Source: Acidobacteriota bacterium (GTDB lineage Bacteria; Acidobacteriota; UBA6911; RPQK01; JAJDTT01). From it: 64,000 bases of DNA. The translations under genes were made by a program, and so were the position numbers. The notes beneath the pieces were generated by a model. That model searched no databases. It saw only the letters and a list, made by a program, of their open reading frames with translations, and had not been told where the DNA came from. The stretch lies in the NCBI GenBank assembly GCA_965209055.1, contig OZ242374.1:998919-1062918 (forward strand), in the 5' to 3' direction. Numbering within the stretch: the stretch's first letter is position 1; each line of letters starts with the position of its first letter. Positions 47,673-56,140 of the stretch are shown piece after piece.

Positions 47673-48461
47673 TCAGGCCAGGAACTCACGGACGTACTCG
47701 TCGCCCCCCTCCCGGGAGGGGTCTCCCCCCTCATAGTGGATTCGTCCATCCTTGATCATGACGAATCGAGTGTTCCGCAATGTCGTCTCCGGGTCCACCG
47801 GCTTGAAGTCGACGGTACCATCCGGCGCCTTCGTGGACACTTCCCCCGAAAGGGCGCGAACCGCCTGCAGGTCGTTGGTGACCAAAATCCCGGTTACGCC
47901 CTCCAGGTCCCGCAATCTCATGATGAGCTCGCAGGTGATTCTGCTGGTGATGGGATCGAGCCCTGCCGTCGGCTCATCGTAGAGCATGATCCTCGGGCTG
48001 CCCATCAAGGCCCGGGCGATGGCCACGCGCCTCTTCATTCCCCCCGACAGCTCGGTGGGCATCTTGTCGATGGCGTTCTGCAATCCCACGAATCCCAGGA
48101 GCCGGTACACCCAGTCGTCGATCTGATCCATGGTATACCCGTCGGACTCAAGGACCCGGTAGGCCACATTCTCCCAGACCGTCAGGGAGTCGAAGAGAGC
48201 TCCCTCCTGGAATACGATGCCGATTTTCCGGCGAATCGGCATCAAGTCATCCTCGCGAAGCCGCGTGATCTCCTCGCCGTCCACGAACACGGACCCGGAA
48301 TCGGGGCTGACCAGGCCCACCACCATTTTGAGGATGGTCGATTTCCCCGACCCCGATCCTCCCAGCAGGACCATGGTTTCGCCCCGGCGCACCTCCATGT
48401 CGAAATCTTCGAGCACCGTATGATCCTCGTATTTCTTGGTGACGTTCTCGAAGCGGATCAC
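47673..48461 (-). CDS. mlaF: ABC transporter ATP-binding protein MlaF-like
   Basis: GGSGSGKST, LSGGMKRRVAIARAL, MLYDEPTAGLDP. Start placed at GVIRFENV (GTG 48461, 3 nt after the mlaE stop). GTG 48473 is an alternative. The longest ORF (to 48602) overlaps mlaE and is unlikely. Confidence 0.85.
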   Translation of the reverse strand: MIRFENVTKKYEDHTVLEDFDMEVRRGETMVLLGGSGSGKSTILKMVVGLVSPDSGSVFVDGEEITRLREDDLMPIRRKIGIVFQEGALFDSLTVWENVAYRVLESDGYTMDQIDDWVYRLLGFVGLQNAIDKMPTELSGGMKRRVAIARALMGSPRIMLYDEPTAGLDPITSRITCELIMRLRDLEGVTGILVTNDLQAVRALSGEVSTKAPDGTVDFKPVDPETTLRNTRFVMIKDGRIHYEGGDPSREGGDEYVREFLA

Positions 48462-48463
48462 AC

Positions 48464-49228
48464 TCAATGCCACAACTCCAGAATGAGCTTGCCCAGGAAA
48501 AAATCGGCCACGATGACCAGGATGGAGGCCGTCACGACAGCCTGCGTCGTATTGCGTCCGACGCCCCTGGTTCCGCCCCGGGTTCCCAAGCCGTAGTAGC
48601 AACCCACGGAGCCGACGATGAAGCCGAACACGACCGGTTTCATCAGACCCTCCAGCACGACATTGTAGTCGATGGCTCTAAAGGCCGTATTCCAATAGAG
48701 GGCCGTATTCAAGCGGAGATTGTAGAACGACACGATCCACCCGCCGACCAACCCGAATACGTCCGCGATCACGGTCAAGAGGGGCACCATGGTGGTGCAG
48801 GCGATGACACGTGGAGTCACCAGCTTTTTCACAGGATCCGTTCCGAGGGCCCGCATGGCGCTGATCTGCTCCGTCACCACCATGGATCCCAATTCCGATG
48901 CGATGCCTGAACCGGCCCGGCCGGCCAACATCAATGCCGTCAACACGGGACCCATTTCCCGGATCAACGACAGGGAGATCAGTTGCCCCATGAGATTCAC
49001 GGCGCCGAACGCCTTCAGAGATTTCGAAGTCTGCAGGGCCAGGACGCCGCCGGTGAAAAAGCCGACCAGGACCACGATCAGGACCGACCGGACCCCGATC
49101 GTCTCCATCTGCTGGAACGTATCCTGGATGTAGCGTGGACGGCGGAAGATGTTGGTGACGCTTCGGATCGTAAGGGTGACGTACTCCTCAACCTCGTACA
49201 GGATCTTGTAGAGGAAATCCATGGTCAT
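48464..49228 (-). CDS. mlaE: MlaE-family ABC transporter permease
   Basis: 254 aa. The pattern ...LIREMGPVLTALMLAGRAGSGIASELGSMVVTEQISAMRALG.DP is typical of MlaE. Confidence 0.88.
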   Translation of the reverse strand: MTMDFLYKILYEVEEYVTLTIRSVTNIFRRPRYIQDTFQQMETIGVRSVLIVVLVGFFTGGVLALQTSKSLKAFGAVNLMGQLISLSLIREMGPVLTALMLAGRAGSGIASELGSMVVTEQISAMRALGTDPVKKLVTPRVIACTTMVPLLTVIADVFGLVGGWIVSFYNLRLNTALYWNTAFRAIDYNVVLEGLMKPVVFGFIVGSVGCYYGLGTRGGTRGVGRNTTQAVVTASILVIVADFFLGKLILELWH

Positions 49229-49415
49229 CCTCGGCCCCGGCCGCTCCCGCCGGCGGTTTGCGGATAAATGTTAGACTATGAGGCCTCCGCAGTGCGGAGA
49301 CCGCTGCCATCAGGGGCAGCCGGAAGCGGGCCGAAAAAGCCCGGAGAGTCTACCAGAGAGGGCGTTCCGCTTCCAAGCAACGTCTTTAGTAACAGCAGGT
49401 TCCGGATAACACATC

Positions 49416-50585
49416 ATGTTGCGATTTCTGACTTCCGGCGAGTCTCACGGCAAGGGTCTCATCTCCAACATAGAGGGTTTTCCGGCCCAGGTTCCCGTCG
49501 ACGTGGATTTCATCAACGCCGATCTGCGGCGGCGCATGAGTGGATACGGGCGGGGCCTCCGCATGAAGATAGAGAGCGACCAGGTGGACATTTTCGCGGG
49601 TGTCCGCAACGGCGAGACGCTGGGGTCGCCCATCGCCTTCATCATCCACAACCGGGACTGGGTCAATTGGACCGAGGTCATGAGCGTGGAACCCAATCCC
49701 GAGGGCGTCCGCAAGCGGCAGGTCACGCGGCCGCGTCCGGGACACGCCGATCTCGTGGGGGCCTTGAAATACCAGTTCAGGGACATGCGCAACGTCCTGG
49801 AACGTTCCAGCGCGCGCGAAACCGCCTCCCGGGTGGCGGTCGGGGCCTTCTGCAAGCTGCTGCTCCGTGAACTGGGCATCCAGGTTTACAGCCACGTCAT
49901 TTCGATTCGGAACGTTCGGATCTCGGACGAACTTCTGGACTCGGTGTCCATCGATCTGATCCCCCAGATCGAGTCCTCGGACCTGCGCTGCTGCGACCCG
50001 GATCTGGACGATGCCATGAAGGCGGCCGTGGACGACGCCATCGACCGGGGAGACACCTTGGGCGGAACCTTCGAAGTCCGCGCCGCCGGAGTTCCTCCGG
50101 GCCTGGGCAGCCATGTCCACTGGGACCGGAAACTGGACGGACGGCTCGCCCAGGCCCTCATGTCCATCAACGCCATCAAGGCCGTGGAAACCGGCAGCGG
50201 CTTGGAAAAGGCTCCCATGGGCAGCGAATTCCACGACGAGATCTTCTACGACGATGAGAAAAGGGAGTTCTACAGGAAGACCAACCGGGCCGGCGGCATC
50301 GAGGGTGGGACTTCCAACGGCCAGGAGATCATCGTTCGGGCCGTGGTCAAACCCATCGCCACCCTGAAGCGGCCGCTGATGTCGGTGAACCTGGAGACCA
50401 AGGAAGCCTTCAAGGCCCAGTACGAGCGGTCGGACACCTGCGTCGTTCCCGCAGCCGGAGTCATCGGCGAAGCCATGGTGGCCATCGTGCTGGTCCAGGC
50501 GATTCAGGAGAAGTTCGGCGGAGACAACCTGTCCGAACTCAAGAACAACCTGGAGAGCTTCCGTGAGCGGGTGCGGGCCATGTGA
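49416..50585 (+). CDS. aroC: chorismate synthase
   Basis: 389 aa. FLTSGESHG, RPGHADL and GGxSNGxxI motifs. Confidence 0.95.
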   Translation: MLRFLTSGESHGKGLISNIEGFPAQVPVDVDFINADLRRRMSGYGRGLRMKIESDQVDIFAGVRNGETLGSPIAFIIHNRDWVNWTEVMSVEPNPEGVRKRQVTRPRPGHADLVGALKYQFRDMRNVLERSSARETASRVAVGAFCKLLLRELGIQVYSHVISIRNVRISDELLDSVSIDLIPQIESSDLRCCDPDLDDAMKAAVDDAIDRGDTLGGTFEVRAAGVPPGLGSHVHWDRKLDGRLAQALMSINAIKAVETGSGLEKAPMGSEFHDEIFYDDEKREFYRKTNRAGGIEGGTSNGQEIIVRAVVKPIATLKRPLMSVNLETKEAFKAQYERSDTCVVPAAGVIGEAMVAIVLVQAIQEKFGGDNLSELKNNLESFRERVRAM

Positions 50586-50606
50586 CCCGCGTTCCTGGAA
50601 CTCGGA

Positions 50607-51116
50607 ATGATCAGACCCATCCTCAAGTTCGGGGCTCCCGAACTTCAGCGCGAGAGTGAACCGGTCGAGACCTTCGACGGGAAACTGCGGGATCTGGCCC
50701 GGGACTTGCTGGAGACCATGTACGCCGCCCCCGGAATCGGCTTGGCGGCCCCGCAGGTGGGGGTCAACCTCCGGCTCCTGGTCGTGGATATCAGCGCCGG
50801 GGAAGAGAAAGGGAACCAGATCGTTCTGGTCAATCCGGAGATCCTCGAGACTGAGGGGGAGCAGAAGGGGGAGGAGGGGTGCCTCAGCATCCCCGGATTC
50901 ACCGCCATGGTGGACCGGCCGCAGCGGATTCGAATCGCCGGGCAGGACACCCGGGGCCGTCGGGTCGAAGTGGAGGCCCAGGATCTTCTGGCCCGGGCCC
51001 TATGCCATGAGGTAGACCACCTGGACGGCGTTCTCTATCTGGACCGGATTTCATTCTTCAAACGAGACCTGATCAAGCGCAAGATCCGGAAGCTGACCCG
51101 CTCCGGGGACTGGTGA
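50607..51116 (+). CDS. def: peptide deformylase
   Basis: 169 aa. GIGLAAPQVG, EGCLSIPG and HEVDHLDG motifs. Confidence 0.96.
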   Translation: MIRPILKFGAPELQRESEPVETFDGKLRDLARDLLETMYAAPGIGLAAPQVGVNLRLLVVDISAGEEKGNQIVLVNPEILETEGEQKGEEGCLSIPGFTAMVDRPQRIRIAGQDTRGRRVEVEAQDLLARALCHEVDHLDGVLYLDRISFFKRDLIKRKIRKLTRSGDW

Positions 51117-52075
51117 TGCGGGTCCTGTTTCTGGGCACGCCCGATTTCGCACGGACGTTTCTCGAGGCATTGGCTCAGAATCAAACCCGCCTCGGCCTGC
51201 AGTTGGCCGGCGTCGTCACTCAGCCGGACCGAAAAAGCGGCCGGGGACGCAAGCTGTCGCCGCCGCCCGTCAAGGTCGCCGCCCTTCAGTTCGGCCTGCC
51301 GATCTTCCAGTGCGCCAGAATCCGTGGAGACGCCGAGGCCCTGGAATTCCTCCGGCAAGCTCGGCCCGACGTCATGGTGATCGTCGCCTTCGGACAGATT
51401 CTTCCCCGCGAGTTCTTCGCCCGGCCCCGTTTCGGCAGCCTCAATGTCCACACCTCCCTCCTGCCCCGATACCGCGGCGCCGCCCCCGTCGTCCACGCCA
51501 TCCTGAACGGAGAGAAGGAGACCGGGGTGACCATCATGAAGTTGGACGAGGGCATGGATACCGGTGACGTGCTGGCTCAATCCACGACCCCCATCGGACC
51601 CGACGTCACATCGGGGGATCTGGAACGGCAACTCTCACGGCAGGGTGTCGAACTCCTGCTCGGGACCCTGCCCTCCTACCTCTCGGGCGAGCTCCAGGCG
51701 CGCCCCCAGGACCATGAGCAAGCGACTCTCGCCCCTCTCATCCGGAAAGACGACGCGCGGATCGACTGGACCCAGCCGGCATGCCGGATCCATGACCAGA
51801 TCCGCGCCTTCAATCCCCGGCCCGGCGCCTTCACCTGTTTTCGCGGGGAGCGCCTGAAGATCTGGCGAAGCCGCAATCCACACGCCTCCGCCTTCCCGGT
51901 CCCGGTCGGCCGGATTCGCGCCACCGGCAAGGGCTCCATTCTGGTGGGATGCGGACAAGGCACCTCGCTGGAACTCGTGGAACTCCAGTTGGCCAACCGC
52001 GGGCGCGTGCGGGCCCGGGACTTCGCCAACGGGATGAAACTGAGGTCGGGAGAACGCCTGGGAGTTGGCGGGTGA
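51113..52075 (+). CDS. fmt: methionyl-tRNA formyltransferase
   Basis: 320 aa. FLGTPDFA...VVTQPDR, NVHTSLLPRYRGAAP. 4-nt overlap with def. Confidence 0.95.
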   Translation: MMRVLFLGTPDFARTFLEALAQNQTRLGLQLAGVVTQPDRKSGRGRKLSPPPVKVAALQFGLPIFQCARIRGDAEALEFLRQARPDVMVIVAFGQILPREFFARPRFGSLNVHTSLLPRYRGAAPVVHAILNGEKETGVTIMKLDEGMDTGDVLAQSTTPIGPDVTSGDLERQLSRQGVELLLGTLPSYLSGELQARPQDHEQATLAPLIRKDDARIDWTQPACRIHDQIRAFNPRPGAFTCFRGERLKIWRSRNPHASAFPVPVGRIRATGKGSILVGCGQGTSLELVELQLANRGRVRARDFANGMKLRSGERLGVGG

Positions 52076-53382
52076 AGCCCACGGCCAGGTCGGTGGCCCT
52101 GCGGGTGCTCCTGGGCAGTGGCGGCGGCCGCCGGGTCTCCCTGGAAACCCATTTCGAATCCTCCGATTTCGGTGTTCTGCCGGACCGCGATCGGCGGCTG
52201 GCGACGGAGCTGGTCTACGGCGTCCTGCGAAACCGCTCCCTCCTGGACCATCAACTGGATGGTTTGCTGGAGCGTTCCCGCGCCGGCCTGGATCCGGAAG
52301 TGCTCCAGGTATTGCGTGTGGGACTGTTTCAACTCAACCATCTGAGGATCCCGGAGCGGGCGGCGGTCCATGAGTCGGTCCGGCTCTGCCGGGAATTCCG
52401 CAAGGCCTCCGCCGCGCCTCTGGTCAACGCCGTCCTCCGCCGTTTTCTGCGCGACCGGCCCGCCGCTCCAAATTCCGGCGACACCCGGAGTCTGTCCATC
52501 CGCTACAGCCACCCCGAATGGCTTGTCCGCCGATACCTCTCAAGATACGGGTCCGAGGGCGCGCGGACGATTCTGGAGCGAAACAACCGCCCGCCGGCGC
52601 TGCATCTTTGGGTCAATCCATTCCGGACGACGCGGACGAGCTTCTGCCGGCGGCTGGACCGGGAAGGCGTCCCTTTTCAACCTCATCCCCGCCTTCCCCA
52701 TTGCGTCCGGGTGAAATCCAGGTCATTCGTCCGGCATCCCCTCTATCGCCGGGGCCACTGCTTCCTGATGAGTCCGGCCAGTCAGGAGGTCGCTCAACTC
52801 GGCGACCTCAGCGGGTGCCGGACACTGGGCGATTTCTGCGCAGCTCCCGGGGGAAAGTCCTTCATTCTTCAGGCCCGCAAGAGATCCCGCGCCCGCCTGA
52901 TCTCCTGCGACCTCAGCTGGTCCCGCCTGCGTCAGATGAAGGCCAAGGCCGGACTCTACCGGATCCCACAGCTTGGGGCCGTTCAGGCCGATCTGGTCCA
53001 TCCCCCGTTCCGGAGCCATTTCGACTTCATCCTGCTGGACGTCCCCTGCACCGGGACCGCCACCCTGAGGGCCAATCCGGACATTCGGTGGCGGCTGGCC
53101 GAGGAAGACGTCCGACGATTGTCCCGGATTCAGCGCGCCCTCTTGCGGAGCAGTTTTCGAATGCTGCGCCCCGGAGGGCAGTTGGTCTACGCCACCTGTT
53201 CCACCGAGCCGGAGGAGAACCTTGAGGTGGTGGAGACTCTGCTCAACTCGGAACCGGAGGCCAAATTGGTGCGGCAGCCGGAGGAGGACTTCCTGAAGCG
53301 CGAGGCCTTCTTCGCCGCGTGGCTGGTGCGGACAGGAGGGGGGACTGTCAGTCTCCCCGTGACTCGCGGAATCGGGGGTTGA
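52072..53382 (+). CDS. rsmB: 16S rRNA (cytosine967-C5)-methyltransferase RsmB (Sun)
   Basis: GTG 52072 overlaps the fmt TGA, giving 436 aa. NusB-like N-domain, then DxCAAPGGKS and LLDVPCTGTATLRxNPDIxW, YATCS. Confidence 0.9.
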   Translation: MKPTARSVALRVLLGSGGGRRVSLETHFESSDFGVLPDRDRRLATELVYGVLRNRSLLDHQLDGLLERSRAGLDPEVLQVLRVGLFQLNHLRIPERAAVHESVRLCREFRKASAAPLVNAVLRRFLRDRPAAPNSGDTRSLSIRYSHPEWLVRRYLSRYGSEGARTILERNNRPPALHLWVNPFRTTRTSFCRRLDREGVPFQPHPRLPHCVRVKSRSFVRHPLYRRGHCFLMSPASQEVAQLGDLSGCRTLGDFCAAPGGKSFILQARKRSRARLISCDLSWSRLRQMKAKAGLYRIPQLGAVQADLVHPPFRSHFDFILLDVPCTGTATLRANPDIRWRLAEEDVRRLSRIQRALLRSSFRMLRPGGQLVYATCSTEPEENLEVVETLLNSEPEAKLVRQPEEDFLKREAFFAAWLVRTGGGTVSLPVTRGIGG

Positions 53383-53430
53383 AGACCGCCGCTCCCAACC
53401 TCACGCGGTCACACGCTCGTTGGTCTGGAG

Positions 53431-53511
53431 TTCGGCGACAAGGATGTCGCCGCTCCATTCGGCGACAGGAATGTCGCCGCTCCGTTCGGCGACAGGAATG
53501 TCGTCGCTCCC
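53431..53511. repeat. three head-to-tail copies of a 27-nt unit (TTCGGCGACAgGAATGTCGCCGCTCCr), each containing an 18-nt palindrome GGCGACA-N4-TGTCGCC
   Basis: Units at 53431..53457, 53458..53484 and 53485..53511, read directly, with 2-3 substitutions between units. The array is intergenic, between rsmB and the PASTA gene. Confidence 0.9.
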
Positions 53512-53572
53512 AGCGGTTGGAGTCACCCCTGGCGGTGTGGTAGCGTGTTTGCTCCGCAGATAGATACCGCTC

Positions 53573-54331
53573 ATGGTTTCCAGGAGAAGGAAGAAAAAGC
53601 GTTCGGCCAAACGGCGCAATCCGGTCGTGGCTGTTGTCAAGCTGGGCCTGTTGGCCGGCGTCCTGATGGTCGTCTTTCTCTTCAGCCTGATCATCAGCAT
53701 GCGAGTGGCGACGCGGGCGACGGAGGTCGTGGTGCCGTCCCTCATCCGGATCGACATGGAGCAGGCCAGAAACAAGCTGGAAGCGTTGGGCCTGGGATTG
53801 ACCGTGGAGGGAGAAGTCTACGACGCGTCGATTCCCAACGGCGCCGTCGTCGCTCAGCTTCCCACTCCCGGCGTCCGCCTCAAAGCCAACGGCCGGGTCA
53901 GGGTGATGGTGAGCCTGGGAGTTCAGCACAAACCGGTCCCGGATCTCATCGGGTCCACACAGCGGGTCGCCCGCCTGATGTCGCAACAGTCAGGCTACGA
54001 AATCGGACACACCAGCGAGATCTTCCTCGCCGACGTGGGATCGGACCAGATCATCCGCCAGGTCCCCAACCCGGGGTCCACGGAAGTCCTCACGGCCCGC
54101 GTCGACGTCCTGGTGGGCAAGAAGCGGGTCCAGAGCTACATCATGCCTGATTTCAGGGACTTGGATCTGAACCGGGTGCGGTCCCTCATTCGGAAGAACG
54201 GCTTCGAGTCGCCGAAGGTCAATTACACCAGGGGGAGCAGGAGAGCCCGGGGCAAGGTGGTCCGTCAATATCCCGAGGCGGGAAACATGTTGAAGGAAAA
54301 CGATAAGATCATTCTGGAGGTCGCCAGCTGA
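53573..54331 (+). CDS. membrane-anchored PASTA-domain protein (three PASTA repeats, no kinase or transpeptidase domain)
   Basis: 252 aa. Basic cytoplasmic tail (RRRKKKRSAKRR), one TM, then three ~65-aa repeats each ending ...G..V.V.VS.G / ...V.V.VG. / ..I.LEV. Confidence 0.8.
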   Translation: MVSRRRKKKRSAKRRNPVVAVVKLGLLAGVLMVVFLFSLIISMRVATRATEVVVPSLIRIDMEQARNKLEALGLGLTVEGEVYDASIPNGAVVAQLPTPGVRLKANGRVRVMVSLGVQHKPVPDLIGSTQRVARLMSQQSGYEIGHTSEIFLADVGSDQIIRQVPNPGSTEVLTARVDVLVGKKRVQSYIMPDFRDLDLNRVRSLIRKNGFESPKVNYTRGSRRARGKVVRQYPEAGNMLKENDKIILEVAS

Positions 54332-54990
54332 TGCCTTGGATCGCCCCGTCTCTACTCTCGGCCGACTTTCTCGATCTGGGAGGCGCCGTCAGGGAAATGG
54401 AGCAGGCCGGATGCCGAATTCTGCATCTGGACGTCATGGATGGACATTTCGTTCCCAACCTGAGCTTCGGCCTGCCGGTGATCGAGGCGGTGCGCAAACA
54501 GACCGACCTGATCCTGGACGTCCACCTCATGATCTCGAACCCGGAAGACATGGCCGATGCGTTCATCGACGCGGGCGCCGACTATCTGAGCGTCCAATAT
54601 GAAACAGTTCTGCATTTGGACCGTCTAATGGACAGGATCCGGGAGAAGGGGGCGAAGCCGGGCGTGGCGCTGAATCCTCACACACCGGTCGGCGTCCTGG
54701 AGGAAATCCTCCCCAAGTGCCACCACGTCATGATCATGTCGGTGAATCCGGGATTCTCGGGGCAACGCTTCATTGCCACGAGCTTCGATAAAATGAGAAA
54801 ATTGAGGGAGATGGCGGCCCGGGACAATCTCCGGGTCAAGATCGAGATCGACGGCGGCATCAAGCCAGCCAATACGCAGGATGCGGTTCGGGCCGGGGCC
54901 GAGATCATGGTGGCCGGTTCGGCCATCTTCGGAACGCCCTCTCCGGGTGAGACGTTTCGCCAGATGCAGACTCTCGCCGAGGAGGCTTGA
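54331..54990 (+). CDS. rpe: ribulose-phosphate 3-epimerase
   Basis: 219 aa. APSLLSADF, HLDVMDGHFVPN, HLM, MSVNPGFxGQ and DGGI motifs. The ATG shares a base with the upstream TGA. Confidence 0.95.
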   Translation: MPWIAPSLLSADFLDLGGAVREMEQAGCRILHLDVMDGHFVPNLSFGLPVIEAVRKQTDLILDVHLMISNPEDMADAFIDAGADYLSVQYETVLHLDRLMDRIREKGAKPGVALNPHTPVGVLEEILPKCHHVMIMSVNPGFSGQRFIATSFDKMRKLREMAARDNLRVKIEIDGGIKPANTQDAVRAGAEIMVAGSAIFGTPSPGETFRQMQTLAEEA

Positions 54991-55016
54991 CCGTAATCTG
55001 AATGGGGACAGTGACA

Positions 55017-55991
55017 ATGAGAACTGTTATCAGGCTGACCTTGCTGGCGAGCGCCCTGATCGTTCTGGCTTCCTGCGGCGGCCGCAAGGGCGCGGATCTG
55101 CAGGAGGGGGCGGTGGCGCCCGACAAGACCCTTTTCGAAAACGGGATGAAGTTCCTGGGCAAGAAGCACTTCATCAAGTCGCGCCTTTCCTTCCAGACGC
55201 TCATCAGCACTTATCCCGAGAGCGAATACACACCGACCTCGTTCCTCTCCATCGCCGATTCGTACTACGAGGAAGGAGGCAAGGAGAACCTGCTCCAGGC
55301 CGAAGCCCAGTACAAGGACTTCATCATTTTCTACCCCACCCACGAGAGCGCCGACAACGCCCAGATGAGGATCGCCGCCATCAACTACCGGCTTATGAAG
55401 CCTCATGACCGGGACCCCACCTATACCCGCAAGGCGGAGATCGAACTGAAGAAGTTCCTGGATGACTTCCCGGACAGCGAACTGGCGCCGACGGCGGAAG
55501 AGTTTCTCAGGCAGGTGCGCGAGGAATTGGCCAAGGGTGTCCACACGGTCGGCGCCTTCTATTTCGACCGGAAGAGGTATTCCGCCGCGGCCAACCGATT
55601 CGAGGAGGTGGTGGACGAATACAACGAGTTCAGCCGGCTCGACGAGAGCCTGTTTTACCTCGCTGATTCACTGGAGAATCTGGGACGGGTCGAGGAAGCG
55701 ACGGTCTACTACTCCCGTGTGGCGCGAGAGTACGAATTCAGCCCCTACTTCGACAACGCCAGGGAGAAGCTGATCCTTCTGGAAAGGCCGGTTCCTCAAC
55801 TGGACAAGGCCAAGGCCGCGCGGAACCTGGCACGCATGAAGCGGTACGAGAAGGAAGGATTCTCCATCCTCTCTCCCGTCCGAGGCGTCCTGGGGATCTT
55901 CACCGGGCGCGAGGACCCCTACGAAGTGGCGCGCCGCCGCGCCGAGCAACGCCAGATGGAGGAGTCCGGGGGCGACGAATCGCTCCGTTGA
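55017..55991 (+). CDS. bamD: outer membrane protein assembly factor BamD (YfiO-like TPR lipoprotein)
   Basis: Lipobox LVLASCGG and TPR-like repeats with the BamD pattern (...LISTYPESEYTPTSFLSIADSYY..., ...FIIFYPTHESADNAQ..., ...FLDDFPDSELAP...). Start at ATG 55017 (55002 also possible). Confidence 0.8.
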   Translation: MRTVIRLTLLASALIVLASCGGRKGADLQEGAVAPDKTLFENGMKFLGKKHFIKSRLSFQTLISTYPESEYTPTSFLSIADSYYEEGGKENLLQAEAQYKDFIIFYPTHESADNAQMRIAAINYRLMKPHDRDPTYTRKAEIELKKFLDDFPDSELAPTAEEFLRQVREELAKGVHTVGAFYFDRKRYSAAANRFEEVVDEYNEFSRLDESLFYLADSLENLGRVEEATVYYSRVAREYEFSPYFDNAREKLILLERPVPQLDKAKAARNLARMKRYEKEGFSILSPVRGVLGIFTGREDPYEVARRRAEQRQMEESGGDESLR

Positions 55992-56084
55992 CCGGATCCC
56001 GATCAGGCTCCGGACATCCCGGCATCAGCAATTCATCCGGGATTGAAATCCCGGTCCCGCCGCAGAGGAGCCCCTCTGCGAGTC

Positions 56085-56093
56085 TGCTATAAT
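56085..56093 (+). promoter_or_regulatory. candidate extended -10 promoter (TGCTATAAT) for valS
   Basis: A perfect TGnTATAAT 48 nt upstream of the valS start. No good -35. It follows two hairpins after bamD: CCGGGATT-GA-AATCCCGG and GCAGAGG-N4-CCTCTGC. Confidence 0.4.
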
Positions 56094-56140
56094 CCCTGCT
56101 TCTCCAAACCCGATCCAGCGATACAACCGGGGCATTCGGA

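Noticed and set aside
53431-53511. Possible CRISPR array (repeated 27-mers)
   Set aside because: The units are directly adjacent with no spacers. There are only three copies and no cas genes in the window. It is a tandem repeat, not a CRISPR array.
53348-53986. - strand ORFs (212 aa and 124 aa) translating the tandem repeat as SGDIPVAER x3
   Set aside because: They overlap the PASTA gene start in antisense and have no start-site support. The 27-nt (9-codon) period alone is not evidence of coding.
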